Source of the DNA: Fistulifera solaris
Taxonomy: Eukaryota
Reading direction: 5' to 3'
Length of the DNA: 64,000 bases
Assembly (NCBI GenBank): GCA_030295235.1
Contig: AP026180.1
Location: 124,001 to 188,000, forward strand
Both the position numbers and the translations under genes were made by a program. Below are positions 48,555-60,518 of the stretch, in pieces (position 1 is the stretch's first letter; every line of letters begins with the position of its first letter). The notes beneath the pieces are model-generated. The model had not been told where the DNA came from. It saw nothing but the letters and a program-made list of their open reading frames with translations, and did not search any database.

Positions 48555-50255
48555 ATGCTGCTCTTGTTAGTGCAGTTCCTACTTCTTGTAGCTACAGGGG
48601 AAGGATATGCTTTGCCGAAAGGCAGGCAATCTCGACGGAATCATTATTTCCGAAAATCGGTGTCACACAAGTTGACATCTTTTCATTCTTGGCTCTCGGC
48701 ATCATCGTCCTCGTCATCATGGGACGACTTTGATTATTTGCAACACTGGTATCCCGTGAGTTGGGCTTGTGATATTAAATTGAACCGACCTACGCAGGTC
48801 AGTCTCTTTGACATTCCGTATGCTGTGGCCATCACAAAAACGAACGATACACTTTCGGTGCTGGCCTATGAAGATCGGTGTCCCCATAGAGGGCCGCTCT
48901 TTCGGAAGGACGCGTCACGGAAACGGGCTATTTGCAATGTGCCTATCACGGTTGGTCCTTCGATCAACAAGGCAAATGTGTTCAAATTCCCCAATCGCCC
49001 GCGAAAAGTAGTCAGTATTCCACCCGTGCGTGTGCCAAGGCTGTTCCAGCCATCCTTCATCAAGGTCTCGTATGGCTCTGGCCCGGTCCTGTGACCAACA
49101 ATGATGTGACGTTGCTTCCCTCACCTCCTTCGGTTCCGGAAATGGACGACCCGGCGTTCAAAGTGACAAGGACGGTGCGGGATTTCCCTTGCATTGATTG
49201 GACTCTGTTGTTGAGCAATATCATGGATCCAGATCATGGAATGTTTGCGCATCAAGCTTCGCCGTTTGATATGTACTCGGCTTCTCCAGAATATCAAATG
49301 CAAGTGGAACAATCTTTTGACAGTGCGGGTTGGCAGATGATAAGCAAAGTTCCAGCGCAAGAGAAATTGCGAAACCGGGATCGTATTCTGCGCGGTCTTA
49401 CCACCAAAGCAATGCCCATGAACATCACTGGTGTGACCACGTTTCATGCTGCCACGCATGTAACGATTTCCCGCCGAAACGAACAAGGAGAGACATCGTT
49501 CGTTACTGCTTTTTGGGTGTGTCCAACGGGTACCGGTCGTAGTCGATTCTTGTCCGCCGCCGTCGGCAAATTGCCGTTTTCACCTCCCCGATGGGTCTTC
49601 CATATTGCATTGAACCGATTTCTAGACCAAGATTCCGTGCTTGTGGCATCACAGCAACCACCCGTTCTATCGGCAGAGGTCAAGTGCCTGGACGAAAACC
49701 AACAGTCGATGCGATCAGACGCCGCCAAAGGGGGAGCCCGCACGGGTTTGTTTGTGTACCAAAGTCCCACTGATCGATCGGTGCGACTAATTGGTAAGTT
49801 TCAACGTTTGTCTTTTTTGTTAATGTCAACGATAATCAGTCTCATTACACATCGAAGATTTCTTTTGGGATGCTACCCTGGCTAAGGCGCCGCGTCGATC
49901 GGAGACGTTACTGGCCATGAAAACGGCTGGGCTGCTAGAATCTATTCCACCTCGAAAAGTCGTCTTAGATAGGAAAGTACAACACCTCGATATTTGTCCT
50001 GATTCACAGAATACGGTGCGCAATTGCGAGTTCATCAAACAAACAAGCTTAGTCGTGACGGCCGCTTGGGTTGTGCGTACATTTTTGAACAAGAACGTAA
50101 ACGCCCGCATGTTCTGGTGGATTCCAGTTCTGTTCTCTGGCGCGGGCTGGTCGGCCGAATGGATTCGAAAGCAGTTTTATTACAACCACTCGGAAGCAAA
50201 CCGTGATAGAGATTTGAAAAGTATTCCAAAGAGAATGTGGCTAGATCCAAAATAA
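48555..50255 (+). CDS. Rieske non-heme iron oxygenase (pheophorbide a oxygenase/Tic55-like)
   Basis: WYPV, DRCPHR...QCAYHGWSF, NIMDPDHGMFAH, HLDICPDSQ. Frameshift ~48890; intron 49794-49857. Confidence 0.88.
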
Positions 50256-50497
50256 ACTTCGGAAGCAATGTACAAAGAAATCTTGTAAAAAGAAATGAAT
50301 AGGAACCAGAGGGAAATAATTTTGTAAATATTGACCACTTGCCTCGAAAGGCTTTCCCCTCAATGGACAATCCCTTATGCGCTTACATATTTAGCGCAAG
50401 GATCACAAACGTAAATCACTCGTTTTGAACATAATGTACAGAAGATAATTAATTACAAAGCTATTGGTACGAAATTGACAATCTTTCAGATCTCTCA

Positions 50498-53400
50498 TCA
50501 GCCTGATAGCATACCTTTCCCTGCAGGCAATTCGACCTCTCCGGCAGTCACAGTGAACAGCGATAATCTTGCCTTCTTTGGAAGTAGAGACGTGCGAATA
50601 CGATGGAGACAAGTCTGATACCCCTAGATACGAAGCACGGACACCACTGCAATTACCATACCGATCGTAGAACTGACTAAGTGTTTCAGCAGCATGATCG
50701 TCATCGTAACCCGCTTGGATTCCACCCCATACCAGGCACCCATCTGTGCGATTCACAGTCCCATGCTCGTAGGTAAAATCCAAAAACCGGTGGATTTGTT
50801 GCGGCGGCGCAAATGCATACACCGCCATAGAGTGAATCATGAGATCTCCCAACCTCCGACGATAGATATGTCCCTGGCGATCAATGAATCTGAGAAACTG
50901 GGCGACATCGGGCCTCGTGAAAAACTCCAGATCAGCCACAAAAAAGTTGTTGTAGATGCCACACATTTCTAAATCGATAGGCCGCTGCGCTTTGAATTCT
51001 GGGTGTCGTTTGGTCCACATCGTCCACATGCGTTGTGTTACCTTCATCTCGTAGGCGCACATTCGAAAGCCGTAAACAAATTGTTGCGTTGACATGTAGT
51101 CGAAAATATCATAGCGAATGGGCGAATGAATGAAGCTGTCCTCATCCAAACGCCATATATAACGATAACGACAGCCCTCCTGCTCGTTTATCTGCGAAAA
51201 GTATTCCCAAATGTCGATGGCGAACCAATGCATCATACGGCGGTACCCTTCGGAAAATAAAGGCCATGCAAACCAATCGGCGGGATTGTCGTTTAAATGA
51301 TGAATAGGACGTGTCCAGTACGATGAGTTTGTCAAGTCTACCAAATGCAAAATGCCCTTCAGTTTTAGTGAATCTTGGATCACGTTCCAATCCATTTCCG
51401 TGAAGTCTCCACTATGGAACACAAAAACATCCGCTGTTCCATCATGTGTGTCAAGGTAGTGCTTCTTGAGAAGCTGCATCGATATTAACAGATTTGAGTA
51501 ACTATCCCGACCTTCATAGCTAGAATGGGTTTTCTGTGCCAAGTAGACTATGGCATTTTGATTTTTACGTATTCCGGGAGTTCGTACAATTGACGTATTT
51601 TTCATGGTTTCGGTAACAAATGTAGACGTTATTCGTTGTTGCGCCTTAAACTCCTGTTGCTCCAGTTCTTTACCGACCAACAGGCTAAATTCCTTAGCAG
51701 CAAGTGCGGGGACAGAGTCTTCTAAAGAAATGCTGGTCATATTCGGATTCCAGTACATTGCCGCTTCCGAAACCGCACTCGCGCCATGCAATAAGTATTG
51801 ACATCTTGCAAGCGCCAAAATATCGACCAACGTTTCCGCGTTCACGCGGTGATGCGAGGCGTAAAAGTGCGGCAGCCATTCCCTACTCCTCCCTTTCAAG
51901 GACCGAACAACTTGATTACCTTGATGCAATAGTTCAAGCGAAGCTGTGACGTTCTCGTTTTCGAGCTGTTTGTTCAGGAAATTCAAAGCAGTTCTAGAAT
52001 CGGTCGCCACATAAACACAATGCCCACCAGCCTCCGCGAAGGCACGAATGTATTCCATATACTTCTCCAATGGGATCTTCTTTCGATATTTCCCTTCTTT
52101 ATCAATATTGCGAATGTGCACTCCGAGACAGAGACGACTATCTCCTGTGAGATCGGGCACACGTTCTACCCGCTGCTGCAAATAGGACAAAGGCCGGAAG
52201 TGGGTCTGCAAAATCGAGTGTGCTCTTTGGCGCTGTTCCGGTAAGGACTCTACGGACCACGAAGTCACTTCATCGTAGTGCCAGGCGCGAATCGACGAAG
52301 GATCGTACAGCTCGAGGCCCGTTACGAGAGACGATCCCATCTGCACTAACGGTAATTGCAAACGACACCTTTCAGACGGGCGGAGCGGTTCAAAATAGCT
52401 GTTCCATATTCCATTTCCTTTTAACACAAGCGTAAAGGTTGTATAGGAGAGTTCCTCAGGAGGCCCGGGATATTGGCTTTCGGCTGTATCCCCTAGAGCC
52501 GTGACAGAAAGACTCGTCAGCACAGTTACTGATTGATTGTCGTCACCATGAAAGTCTGGATCAAAAACCAACCGATTTTCTTCCGGATCCAAATGCACCC
52601 AGGGCAGCAGTTGATGTTCTTCTGCATATCGCAATTGATTCAAAATCGCGGTAAAAAATGACCTACCGAATCCATGTCCACCGGCGTTTTGGATGAGTAA
52701 TATACCTTTATAGTTACTACAGTTGATTGTAGCGTCATCGAAACTTTCGACCTTCTCTTCATCTACTTCCCACCACACATCAGTGCGAACACGAGTCGGG
52801 TAAAGAGAGGACGACTGATTCCGCATTTGCAGCAGAGTTCGAAATTGTGCTACCGTGAGCCGCTCATCGGGATCTTCCAAATCAACACTCACCAACTGTG
52901 AGTTCAGCCACAAGGCGGACTCGGAAACGGCCGACAATCCGTGCAACAAGTAATGACATTGTGACAACGCCTGAATTTCAATCAAAACTTCGGTATTGGT
53001 CTGGTGACGATGATGTTGCGGCATATCAAAGACGGCGGTCGCGTTGGTCGAGCGGAGTGCTTGGAACGTGCGGATGCGGGACGTAATCTGAGACGGCCAG
53101 TCATTTTGTATTTCTTGCAACACCAAATCACTGTCTGTGGCTAGATAAATGGCCCAGTCGTCATTCTTGTTGTACAGAGTATTCTGTTGTTGCGCAAACG
53201 CCAATACATACGGCAAGAATTCCGACGTCTCCAAAACACGACGCCCCGCTGCTTTGTCTGAATGTCGAATGTGCAATCCCAGCAGCGCGGAAGCCGGTGG
53301 GTTGACCAATGCCGCCGCATGTCGAATTGGTGCCCGCAATCGAATGTATTGTTGCACGACACGCGCCGCCGTCGCCCGTTGCGGCGCAATCCACTCGTGA

Positions 53401-54281
53401 AAGGGCATGTACAATTGTGTCACGTAATCGGGTAAATAATGATACCGCCAACACCGCGGTGCATAATCCGTAAATCCGTGCAATCCCGGCGTAATCAAAA
53501 ACAAATCCATCGTAACATAAGTATGACACGACGTGTCCCCCGGAATGTAATCCGAAATGGGTTCAAAGTAATGTTCCCATACTCCAGTTCCCGTCAAATT
53601 GAGTTGATGCATCAGAACCGAATGAGAAGCATCGGGCGGACCGGGCGAAAAGTCTTTCATATGCCCACCCGGTCGACGCACATAAGTAGCATTCCGGGCT
53701 TGCATGGGCGGATTCAAACGTACAGTTTGGTGTTGATTCGCTTGATGCACCAACGGATCGTAGACAATATGACTGACGTTATTGAAATGCACCCACGGCG
53801 TCAAATTGTAATGCTCTGCATAGAGAATTTGACTCACGACGAATTGAAAGAAAATGGTGCCGGCCGCACCACCGATATCTCCCATTTGAATGTGATACAC
53901 GCCTTGCGTGTGTTCGCAGGCTCGATGGGTGGGAGTGGTGCGCTTGGGAATAGTGCGTAACGCTTCTAACGAATTCGGATTGGTGTAGAAGGATTCGTCG
54001 TCGTCGTCCGTGTTGCTGTCCAGAGGATCCTTTCGAGAATGACTGTCATTGTCAATTTTAAATGTTTGTTGTTGCGGTTGCTCTTTCTTGTAGTCGATTT
54101 TCTTGCTTGTGTTATCAGCATCTCTTTCTTTTGTATTCTTGTTGATAAAAGAAGAAGAAGGAGAACGATGAATGGTCGCTTGGTAACCCAAATACAAGTT
54201 CACAAACGCAACTGTGACAATTAACAGCACCAACAGTATCAACGATGGCGATTTCATTCGACGAGCAGCGGATTTCATCAT
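50498..54281 (-). CDS. Type-II membrane multidomain glycosyltransferase: two NodZ/GT23-like fucosyltransferase domains + GT15 (KRE2/MNT1-like) domain
   Basis: N-terminal TM. Twice LG(L/V)HIR..DK / Y(L/V)ATDS / L..CxYLLHG.SAVS. Then YRRMMHWF, YIWRLDEDS, IYNNFFVADLEFF, IYRRRLGDL. The C-terminus is probably frameshifted (likely stop at 50498). Confidence 0.82.
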
Positions 54282-54354
54282 TCGAATCACTCTTGCAACC
54301 TAAACATGCTTTCTCGTTAATTGTTTACAAGAATGTTGTCTATTGAAGCGAAAT

Positions 54355-54840
54355 GAGCATGTCAGAGAAAGAAAGAATGGCGCATAGATGCAATTATTTG
54401 ATCTGAAATCCGGGTACCCCTCGGTCGATAAATTTCCCTACGAGAGCTACGTGATAACTACGTACCAGGTAAACATTCGAAGCGGTGCCTTATTTTCGTA
54501 ATAATCCTTTATGTAGACCTATTGATGTCGATTGTTGTCAATCGACATGCGTTAATCAAGAGAAAAGAGAACGGCATTGATACAAGATAGACCCGGAAAA
54601 TGCGGTGTGACCGAAAATTCATTTTTAACAGACATCCGGGTAACCCTCTGCCGATAAATATTTCCTTACGAGAGCTACGTCAAAACTCAAAACTACGTAA
54701 ACATTCGAAGCAAAGCATTACTACGTATTTTTCGTACGATTTACGTATTGATGTCCATTTTCGAGGTCAATTATTGCTAATGGACACGCGTTACATGTCA
54801 GAGAAAGAAAGGCATTGATGCAGAATAAAAGACCCGGAAA
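54355..54840. repeat. About 2 degenerate monomers of the 29.3-kb satellite family
   Basis: ATCCGGGTACCCCTCGGTCGATAAATTTCCCTACGAGAGCTACGT at 54408, with a related copy at 54634. Confidence 0.8.
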
Positions 54841-55033
54841 CTGGTGTCTCAAAAGATTTTCAATTCATGTCAGGACTGAAATGCAGACGTGGCTGTGTTG
54901 GACTCAAGAGTCAAGAGCGACCACAACGATGGAGGTGTTCGCCTATAGCTAGTCCAAAGCTTTAACGCGACATATAGCTAGATGTATTCTGCTATGTTTC
55001 TATCAACAAATTGAAAACGCACCTTTGATGTAA

Positions 55034-55978
55034 CTAAAACGATATCGCCTTCCCCGCATAATCATACAATCCACCCGAATGTTTTGCTTCCAACTGTTGT
55101 AATACTTGCAATAGCTGTTCCACTGTATATTCTGGCGCAAACAAGGATTCCGGCTTGACATTTCGTTGAAAGGGTTGACTCAAATCTGTGCGAGTCGTCC
55201 CCGGATGCAATGCCACACAATACACGGGGGCCTGGTTCCGACGGACCCTGGCTAACTCCAATGCGGTTGTTCTGGTGAATTGATTCAAGGCACTTTTGCT
55301 CATACGATAGGAATACCACCCACCGAGTTGATTGTCCGTAATCGAACCAACTCTTGCTGATAGGTTGGCAATGATGCGGGGTGTAGAAGAAGTCGTCGAT
55401 GGCTGCTGCATGAGCGGTAATAGCTGCTGAGTCCACAAGATAGGTCCCAAAACATTGACTTGCATTGTTCGCAAGAACCAGTCGGGTTGAATTTGCGATA
55501 AAGCACGTTCGGGCATGTGTGTTTCGTCGTGCAAAATGCCGGCGACGTTCAGTAAAACATGAACGGGTCGGCCTTGAAGTTGGCTTTTCAATTCCTCTCC
55601 GGCTTGTTGTATACTAGAAGGATCCGCCAAGTCTAACGCCAAAGGAATTACGCGATCAGGATTGCTCAAGGACAAATCGCGCGTTGGATTTCGACAACAA
55701 GCCACAACCATCCCTTGATAATCATGTAAAAACGCTTCACAAAATTGTTTTCCGATGCCTCGTGAAGCTCCAGTTACCACATAAACAGCATTGGGATCAT
55801 CACGAGGTATATTCTTGTTGCTGTTGTAGGGAACATCAATATCCGGAAAGATGGGTGCGCCCAATGTTCCGGGAGGTACGTGTTGTGTCGCCCATCGACG
55901 CGTAATACTGTGGTTGGTGGCAACGCGAGATGATGATGACAGAGTAAAGGCGAGAACTGATCGAAATGGAAGTAACAT
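55034..55978 (-). CDS. Short-chain dehydrogenase/reductase, CsgA/C-factor-like
   Basis: VVTGASRGIG, LLNVAGILH, NLSARVGSITDNQLGGWYSYRMSKSALN, ALHPGT. Confidence 0.93.
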   Translation of the reverse strand: MLLPFRSVLAFTLSSSSRVATNHSITRRWATQHVPPGTLGAPIFPDIDVPYNSNKNIPRDDPNAVYVVTGASRGIGKQFCEAFLHDYQGMVVACCRNPTRDLSLSNPDRVIPLALDLADPSSIQQAGEELKSQLQGRPVHVLLNVAGILHDETHMPERALSQIQPDWFLRTMQVNVLGPILWTQQLLPLMQQPSTTSSTPRIIANLSARVGSITDNQLGGWYSYRMSKSALNQFTRTTALELARVRRNQAPVYCVALHPGTTRTDLSQPFQRNVKPESLFAPEYTVEQLLQVLQQLEAKHSGGLYDYAGKAISF

Positions 55979-56492
55979 AATAAGAACCAGCCTGGATTAC
56001 GAGAGAGGTCCGAGAGAGCAAGTGCACAGATACTAATCGTCAAATCAATTTATACGGAGTAATAACAATCTAGACTATTGCATGAATTCTTTCGTCGCAA
56101 CAAAAAAAAAGAGGAAAAATGAGTCAGAACATACACATGTCTTTCCAGTTTTCAAAGATAGTAACCTTACGGAGTAGATCACTGACAACCGTTTCCAGAT
56201 TTTCTGGATCATACATAGAAATTCTGTAAGTTCAAGAACACCGACTGTTGCTGACGCCTATGTGACGGCTGAAAAAGTGAATAGAGTCGAATACCAGTCC
56301 GATAGGAGATACTGTGGATTTTTTTCGGTTAAGGTACAAGTCTCGCTATTTTTCAAAAAGATCGAGCCTTTGACAACTTTAATACTAAGAAATGTGATCA
56401 ACTATGTAATAATAACCATTGTGGAATAGTTCAGTGCTAGTGGCGCCGTTGCTTCTAAGCTTTTTGGATACATGGTAATAACGAATAAAAAT

Positions 56493-57004
56493 CATCCAGT
56501 CGTGAACTGGTAGAACCAACAGTTTGGATCATAGTAAAAACATGAAGATCAGGATCGAAAACATTGCCGGCTGAAATCGCAATTGCGCGAAATTCCAAGG
56601 TGAGAGCATAGTTAGTCTAGATTTGGATCTATTATTGTAATGAGACTATAATCAAACGCGAAAAAGACAAAACATTTTGCGCTGCAGGCTGGATATTTTG
56701 ACAAAAAGGATTGGTGCAGTCTCATGACAGAAATCCAGTCGTGAACTGGTAGAACCAACAGTTTGGATCATAGTAAAAACATGAAGATCAGGACTCGAAG
56801 ACATTGCCGGCTGAAATCGCAATTGCGCGAAATTCCAAGGTGACAGCATAATTAGCTCTGGATCTATTATTGTAATGAGACTATAATCAAACGCGAAAAA
56901 GACAAAACATTTTGCGCTGCAGGCTGGATATTTTGACAAAAAGGATTGGTGCAGTCTCATGACAGAAATCCAGTCGTGAATTGGTAGAACCAACAGTTTG
57001 GATC
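56493..57004. repeat. ~238-bp tandem repeat, ~2.2 copies
   Basis: ATCCAGTCGTGAA(C/T)TGGTAGAACCAACAGTTTGGATCA at 56493, 56732 and ~56967. Confidence 0.93.
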
Positions 57005-57227
57005 AACAGAATTTCTGTATCTTCAAGGCAATTTTTCCAGATTTTCTGGAACGACAGTCGATGGTTTTACAGAGAGGAATTGCAACGCACTCAAACGGCC
57101 TTTTCAATAATAAAAATGGACGACGACTCTTTCACGAAGCTTCAAACAGAGGGTTGCATTAGGTTTGATGAGAAAGTTTTGCGTTGATGTTGCAGAATTC
57201 GCTGCTGGGTAGCACATAAGTTCAAGA

Positions 57228-59092
57228 ATGAACTTTCAGGTGTTGTTCGATCGACCGCATCCTCTGTATCTGGCGGGCGAAACTATCACAGGAACGATCC
57301 AGTTCAGTTCGAAGATAATCAAAAATGACACGCAACAAAAAGAATCCGAAGAAAATGAAAAAGAAAGCATTGGCTCTCTCAAGTCGCTGTTTGTTACATT
57401 CTCGTGCACCGCTGAATGTGGGTGGAAGGAGCCAGCGACAAAGAATAATGAAAGCATCAGTCCCACTGTCTACTATTCTTCCAGACAAATACTCTTCTTT
57501 CAACAAGGATCAGCATCTACATTCGCCACAGCACCTCAGATGATCGCACGCGGTGTCACTATTGTCGAAATGGACTCGCGTTATAACACGGCTTCGACTG
57601 ACCCCCATAGCGGCGACGAGATTGAGCCATTGTTCTGGATATTTCAAGTGCTTTGGTGGCCCCAGACATTACAACACAGCAGCAGGAACAGTGCCCCTCT
57701 TTGTTTAGGACAAGTGATGGTGGAAAAGGAAGACGCGCAATTGAAAGAAACGGCCGAACAAGTGTCTTATCTCGTTACTCCCAGCATACATTCCGAAGGA
57801 TCTGTACCTTCCGCACAATCGATTGAAGTTTCTTTCCTTCAAGAACTTACAACAATTCATTCTGTAACTCTTCAACAGCCATTCATGGAAGGCGGGTTTT
57901 TGCAAGTAACACGCAATTTGCACACGAACAGGAAGGACGCCGACAATCAGCCTCTCCGCAACGCCGTACCGTTTTCGTTTGCGATAACTCGCAACGCTCC
58001 GTCGAGTCTAGCGATAGCAACCCCACAGGCGCAAATTCGTTACACCGTCACAATTTTGTTGGTGGACGAGAGTCACCGAGTGCACGAACAAGATGTCTGG
58101 GTCATTCCGCATCCGCCTCTTTTGCCAACATCCTGTACCGACCTACCTGGACACCCCGACAACAAGTTTCTTTACAACCCAGACGCGGTTTCTTTGGGTT
58201 GAGTACTTTTACCAGCGATCCTTATGACGAATATTGTATAACATGTCAAATGGGATTATCGCAAAGAATTTATGCGCCGGGGGATATTCTACAACTCACT
58301 TCACAGACACATGTCGAGAACTATACACACGATCAAGATATTCAGATTACATTACGCTTGATTCGTACTTTGACGTGTACGGTTTTGGATGGATACGTAC
58401 GTCAACAAGTGACTAGCAAATCATATCCGATAGGGACATTGCGGAAGCGCAGATTTTCTAAAGTTCTTTATCCGCATGAAACCTGGGAACCAACTCGGCA
58501 ACCACAGAACCACAATTCTACCTTTGTTATTCCTTCTGTTTCGCCGAGTACATGTTTTACAGAAGAAACAAATTCACCCGTGCAGATATCGTACACAGTG
58601 CAGCTACACGTCAGTCCGGCCAATAGCAATGAAACACTGGCCCAATCAGAATTGCCCGTTTACATTTGTGCATTGCCGCCAAATAAAATGTCCAATTTTC
58701 CGGATGGTGCCGAATGGGACTCAAACGAAAATGGGGAGGAAATTTGTTCAGAATGCACAGTCAACGACTCTCTCCCTTTACCCGAAATGTGCGTTTTACC
58801 CAGTCAAAGCAATGCGCTTTGGGACGTAACAATCAATGGACGATCTGGTGTTTATTCCCCTCGTGAACACGTGTTGACGATGTTGCACGAAGATGACGAG
58901 GAAGACGATGAACAATCTGACGGTGAAGTCTCCATACTGAGTGCAGAAGAGAGGATTGTGCAGAGCCGAACAACGACGGTCCCCGACGATGAAAGTCTTT
59001 CCGATCCGGACGACGAAGATGATGGGAATCAGTTTCCAGCGTCGGACTACGAGGAGGAATCGGGATCGAACCTGCCGCATGACCGGACATGA
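57228..59092 (+). CDS. Arrestin-like protein (one frameshift ~58200)
   Basis: LYLAGETITGTIQF, VPFSFAITRNAPSS...QIRYTV, IYAPGDILQL, VQISYTVQLHV, LPVYI, and an acidic tail. Confidence 0.65.
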
Positions 59093-59128
59093 CAATAACA
59101 ACAAAATTTCTTCGCCGATTTGAAACGT

Positions 59129-60328
59129 TTATTCTGTTTCCTCCGTCTCAAAGTTCAGTTTCGTTTGATGATACCGAGGAAGAGGCTTATCAACGTCCAT
59201 CCAATACGGAAGTACGGTTGGTTCTTCATGACCATCATCGGACGTCGTGTACCAACTATTTCCGGTATTCATTGCTTCGTTGGCGAGCTCTGCCGAAAGA
59301 TACGGAAAAGAAGCAAGGGCCGCGCGTGTTTGAAAATGAGTGAGAACTCTGTTTCTAACACAAACTTCATTCTTCATCCGACAACTAAACTTACGATCCG
59401 CCAATCGATTGTCTGATCGATAGACATGCAACATAGTACATTCCTCCGGTTGTATTTCCTCCTCCAATAATCGCATCGCTTCTTCAAAATACGGTTTAAG
59501 ACTCTCTTTATTCACCTTCCATTGTTTCTGCATTTGTTGAATGACCAAATTCGAATCTCCCTGAATGTGCAACTCGACCGAAAACGTGCGTTCTGCGTTG
59601 GGGTGCAGCTTCCGCAATTCTTCTGCGGCAATCGATAATCCGACAATGACTCCATTGTATTCGGCTTCATTGTTGGTGGCCGACATTGGCACGAACGAAC
59701 GAGCATGCCATGTTTTCGTCTGCCATTGAGTCGTCGCTGAATTATCACTAGCAGAGGAAGGCGTTTGTTGCGTGATACGAACCACCGCACCCGAACCAGC
59801 TCTTCCTGGATTCCCCCGTGAACCACCATCGAATTGAATCGCAATGATCACTTGAGGCGCATCGGCGGAGCGCGGTCTCTTTCGTTGTGTGATAGAAGCA
59901 GCAGCTTCCGTATATCGTTTGGCAGTGGTTCGATCCGCATCGGATGACTTGTGACTTTCGGTACAGCCATTCATTCGTAAAAAGTTCTGTGCTTCTTGTT
60001 CTGTAGCAAACCCTTTAAAGGAGGCACCAGAGTAGCCTTTGACCTAAAGAATACGGCATAATTGTTTCGAAAAAACGACGAGGAAGACTCAGAAAGTGAA
60101 CAATCATTGTATTTAGCAGCAACGCGTCCCGTGAAAACCCGACGTTTCTTTTTGGATGCTTGCTTGTGTAATCGGCGATAGAATGTAAACGTGCAAACTC
60201 AACAACCTTATTTCCTTTTTCCTGCTTTGCTTACATACCTGAGCTTCACACTGCTGCCAAGAACGAAAGATGCCCGTGCTGTGTCCTCTAGCGACCGCAT
60301 AAAACCGTTTCTTGTCTTTATTACCCAT
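59129..60328 (-). CDS. Ribonuclease H1 (N-terminal hybrid-binding domain + archaeal/plant-type RNase HI domain)
   Basis: RFYAVARGHSTGIFRSWQQCEAQ|VKGYSGASFKGF (intron 60044-60238). FDGGSRGNPG, TNNEAEY, GDSNLV, HVYRSDNRLAD|QLANEAM (intron 59290-59394). Confidence 0.92.
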
Positions 60329-60518
60329 TCTTGATTTCTTGATATCGTTATTCAGTAATTGAGAAAAAGATTGAAGGAAAATGAACAACGCAGCAAACCA
60401 AAAAAAGATACCGGAGTAGTCTAAGGAGAGTAAATTTTGCCGCATACGGAGGAGTGATAAATAAGGTTAGGTCTAATCATCATAACAAGTACATGTAAGG
60501 TTACGGGTTACGGAGTAT

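Noticed and set aside
27714..50255. Mass pseudogenisation or programmed frameshifting
   Set aside because: Single-base shifts hit conserved genes (TDP1, FAD2, Rieske oxygenase) whose motifs are otherwise intact, often at homopolymers. Long-read consensus error is more likely; short-read polishing would decide it.
59129..60328. RNase H as part of a retrotransposon
   Set aside because: It has introns and a hybrid-binding domain, and there is no RT, integrase or LTR nearby, so it fits cellular RNase H1.
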